Shown piece after piece: positions 57,190-64,000 of a stretch of 64,000 nucleotides of DNA. Each line of letters opens with the position of its first letter. The stretch's first letter is position 1. The DNA lies in sequence record OP558005.1. One strand, given 5' to 3'. The notes below the pieces were generated by a model, which saw nothing but the letters and a program-made list of their open reading frames with translations, did no database searches and was not told the DNA's origin. A program made the translations under genes and the position numbers. The stretch is from Klebsiella phage vB_KpnM_VPA32.

Positions 57190-58110
57190 TTACAGACCGT
57201 TCAGCAGTTCGTCGAGGTCTTCATCACCGCTGGAGGCAGAACCGCCAGTTTCCATGAAATCTTCAGCTGGTGCTGATTTCTGAGAACCTGCGTTAAAGCT
57301 CGCGAGGTCATCTTCAAAGTTTTCCAGGTCTTCACCAACCTTATCAGCCTGAGCAGATGCGCGAGACGCGGCAGTACCCATAGCAGCTGTACCCATAACC
57401 TGAAGGAATTTCTTCTGGTTATCTTCGAAAGATTTGAACTGGTCTTTCGCAGTCAGAGTAGACAGGTCAACCATTTGTTCCTGCAGCTGTGCTTGATAAG
57501 CTTCATCTTCGATATTAGGAATCTCAGATTGACCAAGGAACTTGGATTCATCGTAGTTGCTGAAACCAGATACTTTCTTAACTTTCAGAACGAAGTTAGC
57601 ACCTTCAAACGCACAAGTTACGTCGATTGGAGTTTCGCCCATTTCAACGTCAACGGCAACCATTGCATTGATTTTGTCCCAAATTTTCTTACCGAAACGA
57701 TATTTGAAGACTTTACCTTCGTTTTCTGGAGCAGCCGGGTCTTTAACAACCAAGATGTTCGCGTAGTAAGAAGTTTTGCGTTTCAACAGCTTGTATTCTT
57801 CGTTGTTGGTGTTATATGAATCATTCTTGGACAGATATTGACATACTGGGCAAGAATCATAATCACCATGGGTAGAAGTACAGTTTTCAATGTACCATTT
57901 ACCACCTTTCTTGAAGCCGTGATTCACCAGAACAGCGAATGGTACGCCTTCATCACCTTTACCTGGCAGGAAACGGATGACCGCTTGACCGTTACCAGCA
58001 TTATCCAACTTCAGTTTCCATTCACCTTTATCTTCGGAATTGAAACCTTTAGAACCAGACAGGGAAGCCAGTTGGGAAGCCAGGGCAGCAGGATTTTTAC
58101 GCTTAAACAT
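57190..58110 (-). CDS. 32: Single-stranded DNA-binding protein gp32
   Basis: [29 protein letters not shown], the Zn site (C...H...C..C) and LAST-like motifs. Acidic C-terminus. 306 aa. Confidence 0.95.
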   Translation of the reverse strand: MFKRKNPAALASQLASLSGSKGFNSEDKGEWKLKLDNAGNGQAVIRFLPGKGDEGVPFAVLVNHGFKKGGKWYIENCTSTHGDYDSCPVCQYLSKNDSYNTNNEEYKLLKRKTSYYANILVVKDPAAPENEGKVFKYRFGKKIWDKINAMVAVDVEMGETPIDVTCAFEGANFVLKVKKVSGFSNYDESKFLGQSEIPNIEDEAYQAQLQEQMVDLSTLTAKDQFKSFEDNQKKFLQVMGTAAMGTAASRASAQADKVGEDLENFEDDLASFNAGSQKSAPAEDFMETGGSASSGDEDLDELLNGL

Positions 58111-58120
58111 ATATTTTACC

Positions 58121-58774
58121 TTAATATTTACAGTTTTTGACAGTTTTTATGAACAGTTGTTTTGCTTCTTCGCGGTCAACATTAAGTATCTTTCGATACG
58201 CATGTAACTTTGTAGAGTAGTTTGACCAGACCAGATTATCAGTTGCTTGGTCATGTTTATTTATAATGTCCAGAAACGAGTCCAGAATTATAAAAGTCTC
58301 GAAAGAGATGATATTACTTTGAAGTAATTTGAATATGTATGACGAGTTAACCTTATCATTATAATCAAATAATTCATTAAGCGATTTAACTTCAACTTTC
58401 TTGCTGAAATAGTAAATATTGCGAACGTCTTCTTCGAAGTTCGACTTGATTAATTTCAGCTTACCAATATATTCACGATAAAACACTAACGCATCTGCAT
58501 CGGAAATTTCACCAATCCAGGCGTCCTGGTTAGCTACCAGGTTACTGATGAATATCAAGGTCAATTCTTTTAATGTGTACTTCTCAGATAACTTCTTGAA
58601 GAAGTATTTGTCACGACGTTTATCGTAAGCCTTATCTGATACTCGCATGCACCAGTTGTACTTGACAACATCATATCGACCGTTGAAGTGATTCTTCAAC
58701 ATCAAGTACAACTTGTACACAGACTTACCGTCGATATATCGTCCACCATTTGGTGGCATGCGCAATTTAATCAT
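58121..58774 (-). CDS. 59: Helicase loader gp59
   Basis: 217 aa. [25 protein letters not shown]...[10 protein letters not shown] is near-identical to T4 gp59. Confidence 0.95.
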   Translation of the reverse strand: MIKLRMPPNGGRYIDGKSVYKLYLMLKNHFNGRYDVVKYNWCMRVSDKAYDKRRDKYFFKKLSEKYTLKELTLIFISNLVANQDAWIGEISDADALVFYREYIGKLKLIKSNFEEDVRNIYYFSKKVEVKSLNELFDYNDKVNSSYIFKLLQSNIISFETFIILDSFLDIINKHDQATDNLVWSNYSTKLHAYRKILNVDREEAKQLFIKTVKNCKY

Positions 58775-59109
58775 AACAGGAAATCGAGTGTATTTGTCTT
58801 TTGCTGTTTACTAAAGGATGGACGCAATAAATTATCGTCTAATGCTTCGCTCATAATCTTTTCAATTATATTACCAGGAATATATTTAGCGAATGCAGTT
58901 TCAGGGAAAGAATTCTCTTCTAACCAGTGTGTAGCAGCTTCAAGATAACTCATTCCGTGTTCATTAACTAAAGCTTCGATAGCGAAGCCATTGTTCTGTT
59001 TATCTACTAATGTAGTAACAGAATCCGGCTTTTCAGCCGGAGTTTCATCATTTAGGGAAAACAGTGTCATACAGCTCAATCGCCTCTTCAGTTTCAGCTT
59101 CAAATTCAT
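58771..59109 (-). CDS. 33: Late-transcription co-activator gp33
   Basis: Position between dsbA and 59. C-terminal ...TLDFLL. ATG 59109 gives 112 aa, the T4 length; the alternative start is 59070. Confidence 0.7.
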   Translation of the reverse strand: MNLKLKLKRRLSCMTLFSLNDETPAEKPDSVTTLVDKQNNGFAIEALVNEHGMSYLEAATHWLEENSFPETAFAKYIPGNIIEKIMSEALDDNLLRPSFSKQQKTNTLDFLL

Positions 59110-59323
59110 CACGAGCAGATTTGAAGTACAGAGTCAGCAGTCGGTTAAACATCTTACCGTCAACGCCAAGTTCATCTTTGGCACGGTCACGGATGTCTTT
59201 GATTAGAACCTGGAAACCAGAGATTTTCAGTTTATGGTCAGCAGCTTCAACAATTAGTTTCTTGAGGTCAGCACCATGCACTGCTTCGTCAAATTCAACT
59301 GGTTCTTTCTTTTCTTTAGCCAT
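59048..59323 (-). CDS. dsbA: DsbA (dsDNA-binding protein A)
   Basis: 91 aa. Synteny with 33 and rnh. SD GAGGAA. Confidence 0.8.
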   Translation of the reverse strand: MAKEKKEPVEFDEAVHGADLKKLIVEAADHKLKISGFQVLIKDIRDRAKDELGVDGKMFNRLLTLYFKSARDEFEAETEEAIELYDTVFPK

Positions 59324-59330
59324 AATTTCC

Positions 59331-60269
59331 TCAGAAATCGTTAACGTTTTTGGTTAATTTTGAAAGTCCTGATTTCACGAAGTAAGGATAGATTTTACCA
59401 CGTGGAGGTACTTTATAAGAGTTATAATAATCCAGAATTTGATTAGCAATATCTTCTGGAATATAATCGAAGTCGATAAGCACTCGGTTTTCATAGAAAC
59501 GTTTAAGCTGCTCACCTTCAAGAACAGTTGTGATATCTTCAGCGTCACAGCATTGTTCAACAAATGCAGTTTTAGTTGGTGGAGTGCGCTCACCTTCTAC
59601 ACGAGTATACCAGAAGTCAGAACGCACAGTAATTGCTGCTACGTTATCTTTCTTATCGCCCTTCACTACTTTCATCATGCAATCAAGTGCAGGAGAACCT
59701 GTCTTCGCTTTAACGAATTTCTTCTGCATTGGAGACCACTGAGTTACATTCGGATATTTGTGCAACTGAGTAAAGTCACCATCCGATGAAACGATAAGTA
59801 CTTTATTACCTTCTAACGAAAGCTTTTTAGTAAGGACCGCAATATGGTCATCCGCTTCCATTTTATCGATATTCATCATATGATAAGGCATGTACTTTTC
59901 AAATTCTTCAATTACAGTACGAATACCTTCGAAGTAACCTTCCCAGTCCCATTCAGATTCTTCGCGTCCATCTGCACGGTTCTTTTTGTAGTAATAAGCT
60001 TTATCACGACGCCAATAACCGGACTTAGCATTATCACAACAAATAATCACCTTGTTGTAACCGTCTTTGCGGAATTTGAATGCGTTAAATTTCAGAGTGC
60101 TCAATACCAGATGACGAAGCATCGGAGTAGTGATTTTCTCTTTATCTTTGAAGGTGTGCATCGCCGTCGCCAATGCGATTTGAGACAAGTCGACTAGAAT
60201 GTAACCATCTTTTACTTGGTCTTCTTCGTCGAACAGACAGTTTAAATTAGACATTAGAACCTCGTTCAT
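59331..60269 (-). CDS. rnh: RNase H (FEN/5'-3' exonuclease family)
   Basis: 312 aa. SGYWRRD.AYYYKKNR, ADDHIAVL, SSDGDFTQL match T4 RNase H. Confidence 0.93.
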   Translation of the reverse strand: MNEVLMSNLNCLFDEEDQVKDGYILVDLSQIALATAMHTFKDKEKITTPMLRHLVLSTLKFNAFKFRKDGYNKVIICCDNAKSGYWRRDKAYYYKKNRADGREESEWDWEGYFEGIRTVIEEFEKYMPYHMMNIDKMEADDHIAVLTKKLSLEGNKVLIVSSDGDFTQLHKYPNVTQWSPMQKKFVKAKTGSPALDCMMKVVKGDKKDNVAAITVRSDFWYTRVEGERTPPTKTAFVEQCCDAEDITTVLEGEQLKRFYENRVLIDFDYIPEDIANQILDYYNSYKVPPRGKIYPYFVKSGLSKLTKNVNDF

Positions 60270-60285
60270 TTAGTAACAGAGTCAT

Positions 60286-60293
60286 TATAAATA
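60286..60293 (+). promoter_or_regulatory. Late promoter TATAAATA (gene 34)
   Basis: Exact match 31 nt upstream of the gp34 ATG. Confidence 0.75.
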
Positions 60294-60323
60294 AGTTCTA
60301 TAATAGCAAATAGGAGCACCATT

Positions 60324-63300
60324 ATGGCAGATTCAATCAAACGCAAGTTTCGTGGCGCTGACGGCTTCGATGCTGCGGGTGAAAAAATAGTCAACGTTGC
60401 TACTGCTGACCGCACGGTGTTATCCGATGGCGTCAACGTTGAATTCCTTATCCAAGAAAACACATTACAACAGTATGATTCTACTCGTGGTTACACTTCC
60501 GGTTTCGCAGTAATTTACGACAACCGCATTTGGGTTTCAAATCGTGATATTGCAAAACCTGCTGGCAATTTTAATGAGCTTTATTGGACTTCGGTTCGTA
60601 CCGACGCAAAATGGCGTGTAGTTTCAAGCGGAACAACAATTTTAAAATCAGGTGAATTTATTTCTGTCGATACCGCAAAAGGTAATGACATGATTTTCAC
60701 TTTACCAAATAATCCGCAAGATGGTGATACAATTATGCTGAAGGATATCGGTAATAAAACCGGTACCGTTGGTGTAACTATCAACGCATCTATTCAAGAC
60801 ATTGTGTTGCGTGGCCCTACGAATAAAGTTCGCTCAGTCAAAATGACTCATCCGCTGTCTCAATATGTGTTTGTGTTCAGCAATAGATTGTGGAATCTTT
60901 ACGTTTCTGATTACGAACGAGTTGCTCGTATTGTAACACCAAGCGCAGTTGTTCAAGCTCAATCTAACGACTTTATAGTTCGCAGATATACTTCTCCAGA
61001 CCCAATCCGTGTTACTTTGCCTAAACATGCAAACACTGGAGATATCATCAACTTTACTGACCTTGATGGAAAGAACCCTCAATTCCATATGATTGTTAGT
61101 ACTTTCGATGATAACACCAATATCGGTACTGTTGGTCAAAAATCTGTAGAAGTTCGTACTTCTGGTGACGGATTCATCATATACGATGAATCAGAGTCAA
61201 TCTGGAGAATCTGGGAAGGCGACTTACGTCCGCGCATGCGTGTGATCACCGACAACGTAACTTTAATTCCAAACGAGGTTGTTACTGTTTTTGGTGTAAA
61301 TAACAGCACTCAGAAAACTATTGATATAACTTTACCTACTGATATTGCTATTGGCGATACTGTCACTATTGCAATGAATTATATGCGCAAAGGACAGAAA
61401 GTAAATATCAGAGCAGCTACTGGAGATAAAATTGCTTCAAGTCTTCAATTACTGCAATTCCCTAAACGCTCAGAGTATCCGCCTGATACCACTTGGGTAA
61501 TGAATGATGTTCTTACTTTTGACGGTACTACTTCTTATGTTCCAGTATTGCAATTATCTTATATTGAACATGCTGGAAGTAAATACTGGATTGTTGCTGA
61601 TAATGCTCCGACGGTAGAACGTGTTGATTCAAAAGATAATGAAACTCGTAAACGCTTAGGTGTTATTGCATTAGCAAGTCAAGACCAAGCAAACGTTGAC
61701 CACGAAAATAATCCAGAAAAAGAGTTAGCAATTACTCCTCAAACTCTGGCAAACCGTGTTGCTACTAAAGTTCGTCGTGGTATTGCTCGTTTAGTTACTT
61801 TAACTGAAATCCAAGCTCTAACTCCTGGGCCGCATTTGGATGATGTTATTGTCACTCCTGCGATGCTGAATGAAAAAACAGCAACAGAAACTCGTCGTGG
61901 TGTTGCTGAAACTGCTACTCAAGCCGAAGCAAATGGTTCAACCGACGATGAACGTATCATCACTCCGAAGAAGCTGCATAACCGTATTGCTTCTGAGATT
62001 TTGACTGGTATTCTTAAATTAGTCAGAACGACTGGAACTCTTGCGGGTATTGGACGTGATACAAAAGGTACTAACGTTTATGACTATGATAACAACATTG
62101 ATGCGGTAACTCCAAAATCATTGTTCCAATTCAAGTCTACTGAGCAAGCTCAGGGCGGTGTTTATCTTGCAACTCAAAACGAAGTAATTGCTGGTGGTCC
62201 AGCTCAACCTGGTTTCCCAGTAGTTGTTACTCCACAAACGCTTCATGGTAAAACTTCAACTGATTCAAGAATCGGTTTGATTCAAATTGCTAAACAAGCT
62301 GAAGTAGATACTGGTACAGATTACACAAAAGCAGTTACTCCTAAAACTCTGAATGACCGTAAAGCTCGTGAAGATTTAAGTGGTATTGCTGAAATTGCAA
62401 CTCAAGTTGAATTTGATACCGGAACGGACGATACACGTATCGTAACTCCATTAAAGGTTAAAACTCGTTTCAATTCAACCGATAGAACATCTGTTGTTGC
62501 TCTGTCTGGATTAGTTGAGCAAGGAACCTTGTGGGACCATTATACATTAGATATCAAAGAAGCATCTGAGACTCAGCGTGGTACTGCTGCTCTGGCCACT
62601 CAAGTACAAGTTGATGCTGGTACTGATGATAAGACGATTGTTACGCCTAAGAAATTACAGGCTAAGAAAGCAACTGAAACTACCGAAGGTATTATCCAAG
62701 TTGCCAACCAAGCCGAAACAGTAGCCGGTACTATTGCTAATAAAGCAGTTTCTCCTAAGAACTTTAAGTATGTTGTCCAAGAAGAAAAAACTTGGGAATC
62801 TACTATAGCTCAGCGTGGTTTCGTTAAATTATCAGAAAAAGCACTCACCTTTAAGGGTGATACTTTAAATGGTTCTGGTCGTCTGCTTCCAGGTGATTTA
62901 ATTAACGAACCCGCTTTAACAGATTTGCCTAAAGAAGGTTATGCAGTATCTCCATATGAGATGAACCGTGCTCTGCAATACTTCTTGCCGGCTAAAGCAA
63001 AAGCTGTTGATTCGGATTTACTGGATGGAATTGATTCAACTCAGTTTGTTCGCCGCGATATCGACCAAGTAGTTAATGGTAAAATTACATTCAAAAAGGA
63101 TGTTACTCTAGAAGCTCCTCTGGTGTCCTCTAGTACGGCCAAATTCACTACCGTGAATGCTACTATATCTGTTGATATTGGTGATTCTCTGGGTAATTCT
63201 AGAATCAATTTGAATACTCTGGCGAATGGTTGGAACATTGAAACTCTGGCGAATGGTTCAACTCTCGATTTTACTGCTACAGATAAAGTTCTGACGCTTA

Positions 63301-64000
63301 ATCGCAATGGAAACGTAACGGTTGCTCAGACTCTGACGGCAATGAATAAAGTTGATGCTAATAAGGGCTTTTCAGTCGAAGGTGGTACAATGGTTATCAA
63401 TCCTTCCTCTACTGAAATTGTCATTGGTACTCAATCTAAGCAAGTAACATTGCAGAACAAAGATGCTAAGACATTCTCAGTTGTAGACCCTTCTGGCACT
63501 TACACCATTCTGAATACCAAGAATGCTTTTGAAATAACGGCTCAAGGGTTCGTTAAGAAAGCGGGTGATTCAATGACTGGGCCACTTCAAATTCAAGCTC
63601 CATTAACTGTTCAGATTCCTGAAGGACGAGTTGCTCCTGATGTTAAACCATCAGATGATAACCCAGCTTCATGGTCTGCATCAATTACATCAGCAGCAAT
63701 TTACAATAAATTGCCTGGTTTCGGTGTTCCAGTTATGGAAAAAGATGCTGAAGGACAAGACACTGGTTTCGTAGACCATTACGAATATGTTAAAGGCCCA
63801 GGTGTATTAACTCAACATGGTATTGGTAAGACTGCGGTCTATCAAATTTGGGCACCTCGCCCAACTGTACAAGAGTTAAACCATAATGCTCAAACTTTCT
63901 GGATTCGTAACTTTAACATCGTCACTGGTGAGTGGGACGAATTTGGTAAGATGTACACTTCCGTTCAGAGACCTACTGCAGGGGAAATTGGTGCTGTATC
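60324..64000 (+). CDS. 34: Long tail fiber proximal subunit gp34, 3' truncated by the window; not in the ORF track because it has no stop
   Basis: MADSIKRKFRGADGFDAAGEKIVNVATADRTV... is colinear with T4 gp34, including the internal repeat modules (...ITP.TL..R.ATE.RRG.AE.ATQ.E...G.DD). SD TAGGAG. Late promoter upstream. Confidence 0.93.
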   Translation, partial: MADSIKRKFRGADGFDAAGEKIVNVATADRTVLSDGVNVEFLIQENTLQQYDSTRGYTSGFAVIYDNRIWVSNRDIAKPAGNFNELYWTSVRTDAKWRVVSSGTTILKSGEFISVDTAKGNDMIFTLPNNPQDGDTIMLKDIGNKTGTVGVTINASIQDIVLRGPTNKVRSVKMTHPLSQYVFVFSNRLWNLYVSDYERVARIVTPSAVVQAQSNDFIVRRYTSPDPIRVTLPKHANTGDIINFTDLDGKNPQFHMIVSTFDDNTNIGTVGQKSVEVRTSGDGFIIYDESESIWRIWEGDLRPRMRVITDNVTLIPNEVVTVFGVNNSTQKTIDITLPTDIAIGDTVTIAMNYMRKGQKVNIRAATGDKIASSLQLLQFPKRSEYPPDTTWVMNDVLTFDGTTSYVPVLQLSYIEHAGSKYWIVADNAPTVERVDSKDNETRKRLGVIALASQDQANVDHENNPEKELAITPQTLANRVATKVRRGIARLVTLTEIQALTPGPHLDDVIVTPAMLNEKTATETRRGVAETATQAEANGSTDDERIITPKKLHNRIASEILTGILKLVRTTGTLAGIGRDTKGTNVYDYDNNIDAVTPKSLFQFKSTEQAQGGVYLATQNEVIAGGPAQPGFPVVVTPQTLHGKTSTDSRIGLIQIAKQAEVDTGTDYTKAVTPKTLNDRKAREDLSGIAEIATQVEFDTGTDDTRIVTPLKVKTRFNSTDRTSVVALSGLVEQGTLWDHYTLDIKEASETQRGTAALATQVQVDAGTDDKTIVTPKKLQAKKATETTEGIIQVANQAETVAGTIANKAVSPKNFKYVVQEEKTWESTIAQRGFVKLSEKALTFKGDTLNGSGRLLPGDLINEPALTDLPKEGYAVSPYEMNRALQYFLPAKAKAVDSDLLDGIDSTQFVRRDIDQVVNGKITFKKDVTLEAPLVSSSTAKFTTVNATISVDIGDSLGNSRINLNTLANGWNIETLANGSTLDFTATDKVLTLNRNGNVTVAQTLTAMNKVDANKGFSVEGGTMVINPSSTEIVIGTQSKQVTLQNKDAKTFSVVDPSGTYTILNTKNAFEITAQGFVKKAGDSMTGPLQIQAPLTVQIPEGRVAPDVKPSDDNPASWSASITSAAIYNKLPGFGVPVMEKDAEGQDTGFVDHYEYVKGPGVLTQHGIGKTAVYQIWAPRPTVQELNHNAQTFWIRNFNIVTGEWDEFGKMYTSVQRPTAGEIGAV

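Noticed and set aside
60266-60463. 65-aa minus-strand ORF across the gene 34 start
   Set aside because: It overlaps the gp34 SD, ATG and N-terminus, whose conservation explains the sequence. It has no SD.

Overview
This 64 kb window is a T-even (T4-like) myovirus genome segment, syntenic with the T4 late and early regions. Comparisons to T4 throughout are from my memory of its gene order and protein sequences, not from a database search.

On the + strand: a 5'-truncated short tail fiber gene (gp12), fibritin (wac), neck proteins gp13/14, gp15, terminase 16/17, tail sheath 18, tube 19, portal 20, prohead core 67/68, protease 21, scaffold 22, major capsid 23 and vertex 24. The + strand also carries uvsW/uvsW.1, the baseplate hub cluster 51-27-28-29-48-54, and the 5' part of long-tail-fiber gp34 at the window end.

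On the minus strand: rnlB, hoc, inh, uvsY, 25/26, alt, DNA ligase (30) and a 30.x-like set of small early genes, rIII, 31, cd, pseT, the spanin pair, alc, rnlA, denA, nrdB, nrdA, td, frd, 32, 59, 33, dsbA and rnh.

Sequence-visible regulatory structure matches T4. There are about 12 TATAAATA late promoters, including two divergent overlapping pairs. There are about 7 T4-type early promoters (GTTTAC, 17 nt, TAnTAT), several with a stem-loop across the promoter (PeSL-like). GC-rich tetraloop hairpins of the GGGCC-TTCG/CGAA-GGCCC type recur throughout. Start/stop overlaps ATGA or TAATG between adjacent genes are pervasive.

There are no tRNAs, no CRISPR arrays, and no introns in td or nrdB.

Features that stand out against the T4 backbone as I recall it:
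- a DprA/SLOG-like Rossmann protein inserted between gene 24 and rnlB;
- a free-standing GIY-YIG homing endonuclease between uvsY and 25, where segD/segE/segG/I-Tev elements are absent from their T4 positions;
- two palindromic 16-mers spaced about 4 helical turns apart downstream of gene 32;
- extra ORFan cargo in the frd-td-nrdA operon, including a DUF4326-like Cys/His protein;
- extra ORFan cargo in the pseT-spanin interval;
- several unlisted ORFs under 60 aa, including a Lys-rich basic protein, a Zn-ribbon peptide coupled to frd, and a hydrophobic peptide.
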